The notes: generated by a model from the sequence alone, not told the origin. DNA of 64,000 bases from Azolla caroliniana (GCA_043228905.1 JBHGNT010000002.1:10850001-10914000), one strand, 5' to 3'. Positions 46,063 to 59,008 are shown, counted from the stretch's first letter. A program made the numbers and translations.

Positions 46063-48968
46063 TTAGTTGTCCGTTGGTCCTATCGGACCCTTACCGGCCT
46101 CATTACGGTTTGCCGTCGCCTCATTCTCCCCTGTTACCGGCTTGCCGTCTCCTTTGTCTTGGTGGTTGTCGTTCCCCTCACAGGTTGTCGTTTCCTCACC
46201 GGTGTCGGTCCTTTGCTCAAATGGGTTCTTGGGCATTGGTCCTCTATATGGCTTCAATCGGAATTCGTTGACCCATTTGCCTAGCACATCGCCGGCAAGT
46301 GTCCCTAACTGGTAGGACCCATTATACTCACGTGTCAGCCAATACGGGCCGGTCCATCTAAACCGTAGTTTACCCGACATCTTGTCCATGTGGGTCTGAA
46401 ATACTAACACTAGCTTGCCGATTGCGAACATTTTTTCATTTCCTTTCCTGTGCCAGTCGACAAATGCTTTCCATCACCGTTGTTCCAATTCTAAGTGCAG
46501 GATGTTTCCCAGTCGTTGTTCCTCGAGTTCACATAGCGCTATTAACCATATTGCCTCCGACTCCTTCTCGTTCAGCCGTTCCCGTAACTGGATCCGTAAG
46601 CTGGGTACTTGGAATTCCACCGGCATTACCGCCTCTAGTCCGAACGCTAACCAGAATGGTGTTGTTCGGATGCTCGTTTTATATGCTGTCCGGTATGCCC
46701 AAAGTGCGCTATGTAGCTTGGTATCCCAATCCGTTCGGTTTTCGTTGACTATCTTCCGGAGGATATTCTGGAGCGTTTTGTTCGTCGATTCAGCTAACCC
46801 GTTTGCTTGCGGATAGTATGGTGTGCTCCGTTTATGGACAACGGCATAGAATGTCATCAGGCTTTCAACTACTTGGCCGCGAAGGTGCCCCCCTTGGTCG
46901 CTTATTAATTCGATTGGGCATCCGTAACGGCACCAGATGTATTTATATAGAAATTTTGCCGTTGACGCAGCGGTGTTGTCTCTTAAGGCTTTGGCCTCCA
47001 CCCATTTGGTGCAGTAATCCGTCGCGACGATGATGTACCGATTACCTATTCTCATTGCCAGTGGTTTGAACGGTCCAACAAAGTCCAGCCCCCACTTCTG
47101 GAATGGTTCGAGTGGTAGTACAGGCTGGTGTGGCATCCGAGCCTGCTCCGTTGGCTGGCCCATTCCCTGGCATAGGTCACATTCTTTTGCGTACCGTACA
47201 ACATCTCTTAATGTAGTTGGCCACCATAGGCCCAATTTGCCATATTCTCCTGGCTGTCGCATCTCCGGCATAGTGACCTTCGGCAACTCCGCAGTGGGCT
47301 TCCCTCAGTATGAGGTCCTTTTCATCGCTGCACACAGCCCATCTCCATATGCCGTCCGCGCCCTTATGGTAAAGTGTGTCTCGCAGTAAGCAGAAATGTC
47401 GGCTCTGCACTGCCAGGCGTTCCTTTCGTCCCGGTTCATCTCTTCCGGAGGCAGTCCTATGCTCAGAAATTGGTGCATATTTGTGAGCCACTTGTCTTCC
47501 TGTGCCACCGTCTCATCTACTGCCATTTCCGTAGTGACTCGAAACAGCTCCGCATCCGGAAACTCGTCCGCTACTCCGTCGCCCGTCTCTCCGGACTCTA
47601 ATCGGCTTAAATAATCCGCTACGACATGCTGTATACCGGGTCGGTGGAATATTTCAAACTCGAATTCCTGTAACAATAAGGTCTACCGAGCCAATTTACC
47701 GGTGAATGACGCCTTGGACACCAGGTAGAGGAGTGCCGAATGATCTACATGGAAGGAAAACTTCCTTCCCAATAAATAATGCCGAAACTTTGTCACACTG
47801 TAGATCATCCCTAGAGCTTCCCGTTCTGTGGTAGATTAGTTCCATTCCGCTTGGGAAAGCTTTCGGCTGGCATAGTACACTGGCCGGTACCACTTTGGCT
47901 CCGTAAGTTGCATCAGTACGCTTCCGATTGCGATGTCGGAGGCGTCCACGAACACATGAAATTCATTACTCCAATCCGAAAGCTGCACAACCGGTGCTTG
48001 CGACAATAGTACCTTGAGGGCCCTATACGTCCTATCCTCGGTGTTGGTCCACTGGAATGGTGTCCGATGTACGGCGACATCCAACGGTGTAGCCAGGTCG
48101 GCCAAGTATCGGAGCATCCGGCTGTGCCACCGGATTTGGCCTAAGAACCGGCTCAATGTTGTTGTCGTTGCCGGTGCCGGTGCTTCTAATATGGCTTTGA
48201 CTTTGTCTGGGTCAACTGCAATGCCTTCCTGGCTCACAATATGTCCTAGTAAGGTTCCATTGGACACGCCAAATACACACTTCGCCGGATTCAAGCTTAG
48301 CCGGTACGCTCTACACTTTTCTAGACAGAGACGGAGGTGCTGAAAATGGTCCTCCTCCCGGCTATAGACGGCAAAATCATCAAGGAAAACCTGCATAAAA
48401 GCCGGGATATATTCACCAAAGATTTCCATGATGATTCGTTGAAATGTTGTCGGTGCCATTTTGAGTCCGAACATCATCACCACGGCTACAAACACCCCCC
48501 ATTCGGTGACGAAAGCCGTTTTCTCTTGGTCATCAGGGTGCATCCGGATCTGATTATACCCGCTGAATCCGTCTAGAAAGCTATAGACCTCATGGCCGGC
48601 GACGGCATCCAACACACCATTTGTGAACGGAAGTGGAAACGCATCCGTTACCGTAGCCGCATTGAGTTTCTGGTAGTCCACACAAACTCGAATTTTTCCG
48701 TTCTTCTTCGGTACGACTACGATCGGGCTCAGCCATGTTGCTTTCTTTACCGGACGGATAAAGCCCACTCTTAGAAGTTTGTCAATTTCCTCCTTGACTT
48801 TGGCTGCATAATTGGGATTCATCCGGTACCGTCTTTGTGCCACTGGTTTTGCGTCCTTGCTCAAGTGAATCTGATGCTGGTATAACTGAGGGTCGAGCCC
48901 TCGCATGTCTTCGTTGACCAGGCGAACACGTCGCGAAATTCCGTGAGAAGTGTGATCATCGCTGTTTT
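46063..48968 (-). pseudogene. pol: gypsy pol (RT-RH-IN) of K, disrupted
   Basis: ORFs 47836..49047 (FLDDF), 47305..47676, 46474..47286 (WGLDFVGP) and 46063..46431. Confidence 0.92.
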
Positions 48969-51900
48969 GCCTCGCCGAACGGCAAAGACGGCGTGAGACT
49001 TTCCAGCAAGCAGCGCACGAAATTCGCTTGGATCGTTCGTTCTCCAACGAGATCCGGAGAGTCGCGGAGGAATCTCTTCGGTTACAGCAAACTCGCGACC
49101 AGGACGACGGAAGCAGTCTAAGTAGTCTCCGGGAAACCGAACGCCTCCTCGAGGCGCTGGCAAGCGGAGAAAACGAGGCAGAAGCCTTTTCAGCCTACGA
49201 ATCGGATTCCGAAGGGGGATACAGCGTGCACACGAACTACCGAAGCAGCAACGATAACCCCGGCGGCCCGGAGGACGACGGGTCGAATACCGTGCCGACT
49301 CCAGAACCGGAACTGCTCGACGAGGGCTATCCGGAACCGCAAACGGAAACCGGCAACCCACCAACACTGGAAGTGGAAGAAGCAAAGCCACCGACACCAA
49401 TGAAAGAGCCGGCGAAGGTACCGGAAGACGAGCCGGTGAAAGAACCGGAAAAAGAACCGGAAGAGGAACCGGAAAAAGCACCGGCAAAAGAACCGGAAGT
49501 GGAACCGGAGAGAAAACCGGAAAGATATCAACAAACGCCACTAAACCGCGGCCTAATACTGGACGACGACATGCCGTTCCAATACTCAAAGTATCGCGAT
49601 GATCCGGACGCGGAAGCGCATGTTCATGCCTTCGAGCAGACATGGGAAGCAAATCACACGTCCCAGCGAATGACACCGGAGGAAGAAGAACGCTCGAAGA
49701 TAGCGGAATTCGGGGTCATGTTGGAAGGACCAACGACACGATGGCGGCGGACGCAGGACCCGGCGACCATCACAACCTTTGCAGAATTAAAAGCAAAATT
49801 CTTGCATTTTTTCCACAGGGAGGTCGACCAGACGACAATGGTGGGCCTGTTTTATACAATCCGACAGGAGGCAGGGGCAAGCATTCCCCAATTCGTCATC
49901 CGTTTCCAACGAATGCATAGCCAGCTTGCCCGTACACCCCCGGAGGAGGAATTACGGACGATATTTTTAAACGCACTCCGGGAACCGTTACGCACGGTGT
50001 GTACGGTGATCGACTTTCGAGGAAGCACCATTGACCAGGTCATTGACCGAGTCAGAGAAATGGAAAAATCAAGCTCATGGCTTACACTGGGAGCACTGCA
50101 ACGGGCGTTACCCACAGATGAAGATCTCCGGTTCCGGCAGGCAATTCAATGCACAATCTGCTTGAATGCCGGACACTCGGCAGTAGAGTGCACCATGCGA
50201 ACCCAGTGTGTGATTTGTCAATCCAAGAGTCATACAACGGACCGGTGCGAGTATAACCTGTTAAACCGACAAGCACCACCCGTCCGACGGATCGAACCAA
50301 GAAGCAGCCGAGACGAAGATGAAGATCGTTGGCAAAGAATGAACTGGTACCGACCGGCACAGGATGTCCGGTACGGAGACAGACAAGAGAATGATGGCCG
50401 GTACGGGGATCGGCATGATAACTATGACCGGTATGAGCGATCGGACTGTTATCGGGAGTCCAACAGACGACACAAGCAATACGACAGAGACCATTCCCCT
50501 GGTTACCGAAGGCACCAGGAGGACTACGGCCGATTTTACGATCCACCACGACAGGACTACCGAAATAAAAATAAGAATAATAAGAAACGTAATTTCAAGA
50601 AAGGTGGTCACACGAGGGACCCGGAACATGGAACCCCAAGGAGCCAACCGGCACAGAACGCACCACTCACTACGGGACCGACTCCGGCTACCAGCAATGC
50701 TGAATCCAGCAATACCCGTAAAGAGTACTGCTACTACTGCAAGCAGGAAGGCCACTACAGTAACCAGTGCCCGGCAAAGAGCTACGATAAACGACCAGCA
50801 GTTAATATGGTGGTTCCGGAAGTGGCGGATGTACAGCAAGTAACCACACGGTCGAAAGGCATGGCCAAAGAGTGGGAAACACAAGAGGCCACACGAAAAC
50901 AGGCGACGGAATGGGTGAAGGAAGCCAATGAAAGGAACGTCGCGGACGCGGAACGGCAAAAGGCGAATACCATAGGGAGTGCCGGCAGTAGCCACGCAGA
51001 AAACGAGACATGGCAAGCACTGCAAGAATGTCAGATCACGTTCCCATTAGGAAGACTCTTGCAGCTCGTGCCGCGATTTACGGAAGGACTAAAAACGGTC
51101 ATGACAGACGGTATAGCCCCACTGGCACCAGTCCTTTTCTCGAATCCGGAGGAGGGACCGACGGTGGTGGACACTAGTAGTCCGGTGATTACAGCTATGG
51201 TCAAAGGGCACGAACTTCCCGGCACAGTAATCGATGGAGGTTCCGGGGTGAACGTAATAAGCCTCCGCACGTGTGATGCCTTGGGTATACATGAATGGGA
51301 GCCATGTCCGTTCTGGCTACGGATGGCGGATACGAGCTCTGTACGGCTGACGGGCTTAATACGGGAATTGGAAGTCACCATAGGAGGTCACACATTTCAC
51401 ATCTCGGCTGTAGTGCTGCAGCTACAGGCGCAAGGCGCGTACCCACTATTGCTGGGCAGACCATGGTTGAAAACAGCACACATCAAGCAAAATTGGCGGA
51501 AAAATATGATTACCTTTCGGCGCGGAAAAGCCAAGGTCCGGGTACCGACACAACCACGGACGAGCAACGGTAAGGAATGCACACCGCTGTATGCGGAATG
51601 CGTGAATATGCTTGAAGGGTTGGCAGACGACGAAGAAGCCCAGTACTTGGAGGAACACCCGAAGATCGTACCACTCTTCGAGATTGACGTAGCTGAAGCC
51701 GTAGCGCCATACTTGCCGCAGCGGGACGAAACCGAAGCCGAACCAGACAAAGATTCGATTCGGGAATTACGGCAAGCACAGGAAGCGTTGGAACAGGAAA
51801 TGGCCGTTTCCCAACGGGTAAAAACATCCCAGCTCGACGAAGTGAACCTAGGAAGCAAGGACGAATCAAAGCCGGTACACATTGCCAAAGAAATGAAGCC

Positions 51901-54796
51901 GGAAGATAAAACGGCGATGATCAAACTTCTCACGGAGTTTCGCGACGTATTCGCCTGGTCATACGAAGACATGCGAGGGCTGGACCCTCAATTATATCAG
52001 CATCAGATCCACTTAGGCAAGGACGCGAAACCAGTGGCGCAAAGACGTTACCGAATGAACCCCAACTACGCCGCCAAAGTGAAGGAGGAAATCGACAAAC
52101 TCCTAAGAGTGGGCTTCATCCGGCCGGTAAAGAATGCGACGTGGCTGAGCCCCATCATCGTCGTCCCAAAGAAGAACGGTAAAATCCGCGTGTGTGTAGA
52201 TTACAGGAAACTAAATGCAGCCACAATTACGGATGCATTCCCTCTTCCGTTCACGGATGGAGTACTGGATGCCGTCGCCGGCCATGAAGTTTATAGTTTT
52301 TTAGACGGGTTCAGCGGATACAATCAAATCCGGATGCACCCTGACGACCAGGAGAAGACAGCGTTCGTCACCGAATGGGGGGTGTTTGTGGCCGAAGTAA
52401 TGATGTTCGGCCTAAAAACGGCACCAGCAACTTTCCAGCGAATCATCATGGAGATCTTCGGCGAATACATTCCTGCCTTCATGCAGGTTTTCCTGGATGA
52501 TTTTGCAGTCTATAGCCGGGGAAAAGACCATTTGCAGCACCTACGGTTATGCCTTGAAAAGTGTAGGTGATACCGGCTAAGCTTAAACCCAGCAAAATGC
52601 ATCTTTGGGGTTTCAAGTGGAATCTTACTGGGACACATTGTAAGTAAGGAGGGCATTGCGGTCGACCCGGACAAAGTAAACGCGATACTAGGGGCACAGG
52701 CGCCGAAAACGGCCAAAGCACTAAGCCGATTCTTAGGACAGATCCGGTGGCACAGCCGGATGCTCCGTCACTTGGCTGACTTGGCTACACCATTACACGC
52801 CGCGGTACATCGGACACCGTTCCAATGGACGGATACGGAGGATAAGGCATACAATGCCCTGAAGGTACTTTTGTCGCAAGCACCCGTCGTGCAGCCTCCG
52901 GATTGGAGCAAGGAATTTCATGTGTTCATTGACGCTTCCGACATCGCTATCGGCAGCGCCTTAATGCAACTTATGGAGCCTAAATGGTACCGGCCGGTAT
53001 ATTACGCCAGCCGGAAGCTGTCCCAAGCGGAGAAGAACTATTCGACGACGGAACGGGAGGCCCTGGGCATGATCTACAGTGTAACAAAGTTTCGTCATTA
53101 CCTATTGGGAAGGAAGTTCTCCTTTCATGTGGATCACTCGGCGCTCCTGTACTTAGTGTCCAAGGCGTCCGTGACCGGTAAGTTGGCCCGTTGGACCTTG
53201 ATGTTGCAGGAGTTCGAATTCGAGATCTTCCACCGGCCCGGTATCCAGCATGCCGTAGCAGACTACCTGAGCCGGTTAGAGTCCGGAGAATCAGGCGACG
53301 GAGTATCGGATGAATTCTTGGACGCAGAGTTATTCCGTATCACCCTGGAAACGGCAGCGGACGACACGGTGGCATCAGAAGATAGGTGGCTAACAAACAT
53401 GCACCAGTTCCTAAGCACGGGCCTGCCACCGGAGGAGATGAACCGGGACGAGAGGAAACGACTGGCGGTGCAGAGCCGCAATTTCTGTTTGTTACGGGAC
53501 ACTCTCTACCACAAAGGAGCAGATGGAATATGGAGACGGGCAGTCCGTAGTGACGAGAAACAAGTAATCTTACGGGAAGCACACTGTGGGGTTGCCGGAG
53601 GACACTATGCCGGGGAAGCGACGGCAAGGAAAGTATGGCAGAGCGGCTTATGGTGGCCCACGACGTTAAAAGACGCCGTCAAGTACGCTAAGGAATGTGA
53701 CCTATGCCAACGAATGGGCCAGCCTACGGAGCAAGCACGGATGCCACACCAACCGGTACTTCCACTAGAGCCATTCCAGAAGTGGGGGTTGGATTTTGTC
53801 GGACCGTTCAAGCCACCGGCAATGAGAACGGGTAATCGTTATGTCATCGTGGCAACAGATTATTGCACTAAATGGGTGGAGGCTAAGGCCTTGAGAGACA
53901 ACACCGCGTCGTCCACAGCAAAATTCCTGTACGAGAACATTTGGTGCCGATATGGATGTCCGATTGAATTAATGAGCGACCAAGGAGGACACTTCCTAGG
54001 CCAGGTAGTTGAAAGCTTAACAACGTTCTATGCCGTGGTCCATAAACGGAGCACACCGTACTACCCACAAGCGAACGGGTTAGCAGAGTCCACCAACAAA
54101 ACGCTGCAGAACATTCTCCGCAAAATCGTCAATGAAAACCGGACAGACTGGGATACAAAGCTCCATAGCGCGCTATGGGCGTACCGAACGGCATACAAAA
54201 CAAGTATCCGGACAACGTCGTTCCGGTTAGCGTTCGGCTTAGAGGCGGTCATGCCGGTGGAATTTTAGGTACCAAGCTTACGGATCCAACTACGGGAACG
54301 GCTGAATGAAAAGGAGTCGGAGGAAATGCGGCTAGAAGCACTATGCCAACTGGAGGAGCAACGGCTGGCCAACATCCTACACATGGAACTGGAGCAACGA
54401 CGACGGAAAGCGCTCGTTGACCGTCACCGGAAAGGTAATGAGAAGATGTTCGAAATTGGAAAGCCGGTGCTAGTATTCCAAACGAGGATGGGCAAGATGC
54501 CGGGTAAACTCCGGTTTAGATGGACAGGCCCGTATTGGCTGACACGGGAATACAACGGGTCGTATCAGTTAGGGACACTTGCCGGTGAAGTGCTAGGCAA
54601 GTGGGTCAACGGATTTAGACTAAAGCCCTATAAAGGACCGATGCCAAAGAACCCGTTTATGCAGCCCACTGGCACTATACCGGGAACGGTACGGATGGAA
54701 GAAAAAGACGACGGGGAACCCGTAGCAGAGGCGAAGGAAGACACGGCAACCCGTAAGGAAAACGGTAAGGGTCCGAAGGGACCTACGGATGTGTAA
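48969..54796 (+). pseudogene. gag-pol: gypsy gag-pol of M with two in-frame stops (52568-52570, 54266-54268)
   Basis: ORFs 49028..52570, 52760..54268 and 54326..54796 share one frame; all domain motifs present, RT FLDDF intact. Confidence 0.93.
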
Positions 54797-55173
54797 GATC
54801 ACATACCGTCATTTAAAAAAAATAAAAATAAAAATAAATAAATAAATCATTAAAAATCGAGGTATGAACGGACGTGAAAGCAAGGAGCGAAAAGGTACGA
54901 AGTGGGCATTTAAGAGCCGCCACGCTACTTAATACTAAATTGGTACACGACGTGTGCATGCTCGAAAAAGGCGCCAAAATGCACAGAGAAGAAGCAGAAC
55001 GCATGGAGACCTTTTCATTTCGCGAGCCAAGAAGCACAGAAGCACCAAGGCGGTGGAAGCTTACCAAACGCGAACTTGCACTCAGAGAACCCCCACGTTC
55101 GGAACTCTCTATCTCTCGCTCTCACTCTCATCACCACTCTACCTCGCCATCTTTCCTCGACCTCGAAGCAGAC

Positions 55174-57842
55174 ATGGAACCACAAACGCTGTCGGAAGCG
55201 GCCAGGAAATGGCTCAGGCAACATGGACTGGATGGGTTCTTGACCATCATGGAGGCACCACCGCACAGAGAAGCCGACCGGGTCATCAAGGAGCTCGACA
55301 CGGAAGTCATCACCGGGGAAGCGATCCGTGCGCTAACAAGCCTTCCGGAGGGAGGTATCTTTCAGATCGATAGCCCAACCTCGGAGCAGCTCATCCGATA
55401 TTTCGGTGAGTACTCTCTAGCCGGCAAAGGCTATCGAACGCAGGGCGGCGAAGATCCGCTATTCAGGGAGATAGCTCGAGTGCTCCATGAGTACGGCCAC
55501 GTGTACCCCCGACCCCCTGTCATGCCAAAAAATCGGGCAGGGATGATCATAGCCACCTATGAAGGGACCAAGGTGGATTGGCCGGTGTTGATTGCAGACG
55601 GTTTGTGCGCGGCAATCGACATGGTACGAGGAAAGGACGGCAAGGAGGGCCGGAAGCTGTGGCATGCCGTAGCTCAGTGGATAACATTGCTCGTGCCGCC
55701 GGTCGAGACCGTCCAGCCAAAGAAGCGGCCAAGATTATCGGAAGGAAGCACCTCGAAACCCGCGTCTAAACGACAGCAGCTGCTGGCGTCGAAGGCGACG
55801 AAAGGGAAGAAACGGCTCCCAGAACCGGAGGAGGTGTCACCGGTCCGACCCGTTAAGATAACCATACGGCGACCGGGACAGAAGGAACCGGAACCCTTGA
55901 CGGCACAGAAACATGCCGTTACCCAGGAAGAGGAAACGGAGGAGCCAGAAGAGCACCTCCAACGACGGTCAAGAAGTAGGACCGCCGGGACAGCGGGGGA
56001 GCGTTCGTACCCGCAAGAGGAAGAAACGCCCCCAACTCAACCTGAGCAAACCACAAGGGAGGAACCGGAACCGGTGCGTATGGAACCGGCCTTGTCGACT
56101 TCTATAGAAGAAGTCATTCCAACGGCTCCGGAGACGGCGAGAACCGGAACTCAACAGCTGGCGATCCCAGCCAGCACACACGGCGGCCAAGGAGTAGAAC
56201 CAGAACGGCAGATGCAGGCACTCAGGCCAGAAAATTCCACAGTGAACGAGCCGACCCGACCAGTACAGCAGCAAGGCACCAGTAGCATGTGGCTACGGTG
56301 GGTAGGCGAGCAGATTGTCGGAGCGGTCGAGTACATAGAGGCGGAGGAGAGAGCGCACCACGAACGATTGCTCGTCACAACCGTAGATCTAGAGACGGCC
56401 CGGTCCAGAATCCGGAGCCTTGAACAAGACTTGGACAGGGTCACAAGGGAAATGGCTCAATTGGCTTTGACAACACGAGTCCAAGCACCGGTGACTCCGG
56501 GCAATGTACAGAATAAAGCGCCAGATCAACCTGTACATAGCAATCAGACACCGGCAACGGAAACCGTTCCGGAGAGAAATGCGGCACAAGCCCAAGAGCT
56601 TGCGGATTTAAAGGATGAGCTAGCTGCCCAAGAAGCGCTGAGGAGCCGCGAAAGAGAGTTGAAGACGGCAGCGGAGGCAGAACTCAAAAAGACTGCTGAG
56701 AATCTACGCCGGGCCGAGGAGAGCTTACGAAAAGGCCACCAAGCGTACGACCGGCTCAAGGAGGAAAAGGAGAAAATGCTGCAAGAGAAGGACAGGCTCC
56801 GGAGAAACGCCGAAACAGAAGTAGAGCGCCTGAAAGAGGAACTCCGGCAGCTAAAGGACCGGGAGGACCGGAACCATCGCCAGATCAACGGCAAACTCAA
56901 ACAAAAAACGGAGGAATTTGAGCACTTGCACCGGGAGTATAAACGGTTGCAAACGGAGCACAAGGAACGGACAGATGAGCTCCGACAAGCAGTTGATCGG
57001 ACCGCAACGGCATACGCTAAGGAACAAGCGGAAACCAGAAGACGGTTGGAAGAGGCGGAGAAGGTTCGGACAGAGCTCCTCAGGCAACAGCAGGCGGAAA
57101 AAGAAAGAGCGGCGGAGGTATTGCAGAGGCTGCAAACAACATATCAAGGGCAGCTGACGCGCTACAGAGAGCAGGCGGAGGATACGGCTAATCTCATTAA
57201 GCAGTTGAAGGAGGAACGACAAGTTGTGGAAAGTAGAGCGCAAATGGGAACAAGTCGCATCCAGGATATCATGCGGGCCTGGTTGAACCAGACCAAGAGC
57301 TTGATTGACAACGGTTCCGTCAAATGGTGGACCAAGTGGGCCACGAACGCGGCGGAATCCAATTGCTCCGGGCCGACGTAGAGAACCGGCGGAAGGAGGG
57401 AGATGATTGCTATATGCTGACTTCCGAAGACTTCACCGGCATAAGAGATGAGCTGGCCGAAGACTTTCAAGCCTTGGCAGAGGACCAACTAGAGCAAGTC
57501 CGGCAACTTGTAGCTCAGCTGGACGACGACAGGCTGGAGGCGCAGATCCAGTTTGAAAGCTACGAGAGGTCCCGGATCCGGGAAGAGAAAGCACGAGAAC
57601 CGATTACGGTCAACCTCAGTGATGAGGAACCGTTACTGGAAGGAGACCGGACCGGAAGCAGTCAAACGGGGATGCCGGAGTCAGAAAAACAAACGGAGGA
57701 GCCGCCTATAGAGCAGCCGGAGCAGCCTCAGTCCCAACCGCAACCACAGCAGCAACAGCAAGCACAGCAACAACAACCACAACCGGAAGAACAAGTGGAA
57801 ACTCTGGAACAAAGTATTTTGGACAATTTGGGTGAACAATGA
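55174..57842 (+). CDS. Extra sense-strand ORF of M (~890 aa; N-terminal globular domain, disordered linker, long coiled coil), 1-nt frameshift near 57357
   Basis: ORFs 54874..57381 and 57324..57842; ATG 55174 aligns with the K (45696) and L (41915) starts; comparison with K shows a single missing C. Confidence 0.88.
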
Positions 57843-57852
57843 AGGGGCCGAG

Positions 57853-57892
57853 AAGGGTTCGACGTACAAGGTACTGTCCCACGGGCGTGCCA
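57853..57892 (+). promoter_or_regulatory. tRNA-3'-end-like motif occupying the PPT position of M
   Basis: AAGGGTTCGA-CGTACAAGGTACT-GTCCCACGGGCGTGCCA, then TG, then LTR TGTTACC at 57895. Function is inferred. Confidence 0.78.
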
Positions 57893-57894
57893 TG

Positions 57895-58313
57895 TGTTAC
57901 CGGCCGGCAAGGAGTCCAAAATACGGAGTGAAGGAATTAATTAAGTATGGTTGTAAATAAGCATAGTGTGGACGGACGGACTGGAAACGGTATGCCGTTC
58001 CAGATCCGGTCGGATCCCGAATAGGTGCGATAGGCACCGTTTTGTACTACGGGCCGGAAACCTATTTAAAGGCCCGGACCCCATTGTAATCGCAGCGGAT
58101 AATTAATAGAGCATATGGTGTTTATACTTCTGTGTTGATTTCCATTCTGTACTTACTGTTATATCTTACGCGTGTAATTAACTAAAGCACTCTAATCGTG
58201 TAACCTACGTAATTCGGTGTAATCGTTGAGTCTTAACCCTATGCCGTAATCACCCTTTGGTGAAGTGTCTCCGTGACACCTTGTGTTAGGCCTTGTCCGG
58301 TCAGAGAACAACA
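57895..58313 (+). repeat. 3' LTR of element M
   Basis: TGTTACCGGCC..AACAACA; homologous to the K LTR; TATA-like CTATTTAAAGG near 58062. Confidence 0.9.
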
Positions 58314-59008
58314 AATTCCGCTATCTTAGAGCGTTCCTCTTCCTCTGGGGTCAATCGCTGGGACACATGGTTTGCTTCCCATGTCTGTTCAAAGGCGTGA
58401 ATATGAGCTTCCGCGTCCGGATCATCTCTATACTTGGAGTATTGGAACGGCATGTCGTCGTCTGGTATCGGTGCGCGGGCTGGTGGTGTTGGTGGTCGTT
58501 CCTGGTTTTTCTCCGGTGTCGGTGGTCTTTCCTCTTCTTATGGTGATGGAGGCCTCTCCTCCTCGACTTCCGGTGTCGGAGGTCACTCTTCCTCTGCTGG
58601 TTCCGGAGGTTCCAGCCTTAGCACTTCCGGTTCCGGTGTTGGTAAGATGTCCGATCCTTCGTCCTCCGGTCCGCCCGGGGTTTCGTTGCTGCTACGGTAG
58701 TTCGTGTGCACGTTGTATTCCCCTTCGGAATCCGATTCATACGCTGAAAAGGCTTTTGCTTCGCCTTCTCCGCTTGCCAATGCCTGGAGAAGGGATTCGG
58801 TTTCCCGGAGGCTGCTTAGGCTGCTGCCGTCATCCGGGTGTGATGTTTGCTGTTATCAGAGGGACTCCGCTACTCTCCAGATTACGTTGGAAAACGAGCG
58901 ATCCGCTCTAATTTCCTGCGCTGCTTACTGGAAAGCCTCACGTCTCCTTTGCCTTTCGGCGAGGCATCGAGTTTGATCTGTAACCAGGTCGTGCGTTGAT
59001 CTAGTCAT
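58314..59008 (-). pseudogene. gag: gag N-terminal part of K
   Basis: MTRSTHDLV..ALASGEGEAKAFSAYESDSEG..MPFQYSKYRDDPDAEAH, homologous to gag of M, L and I. Confidence 0.88.

Larger units (their letters stand above)
48969..58313 (+). mobile_element. Ty3/gypsy element M, 5' LTR/PBS deleted, inserted in gag of K
   Basis: gag-pol, extra ORF and 3' LTR 57895-58313; K gag (ERSKIAEF) resumes at 58314; the left junction fuses K pol (KTAMITLL) to M gag. Confidence 0.92.

Noticed and set aside
55174-57842. Calling the extra ORF env, or a captured host myosin/SMC gene
   Set aside because: No signal peptide, transmembrane helix or ATPase motif is visible; coiled-coil similarity alone is non-specific.
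57838-57860. Purine-rich GAAGGGGCCGAGAAGGG as the missing PPT
   Set aside because: It ends about 37 nt from the LTR edge, is interrupted by pyrimidines and is not conserved in K or L.
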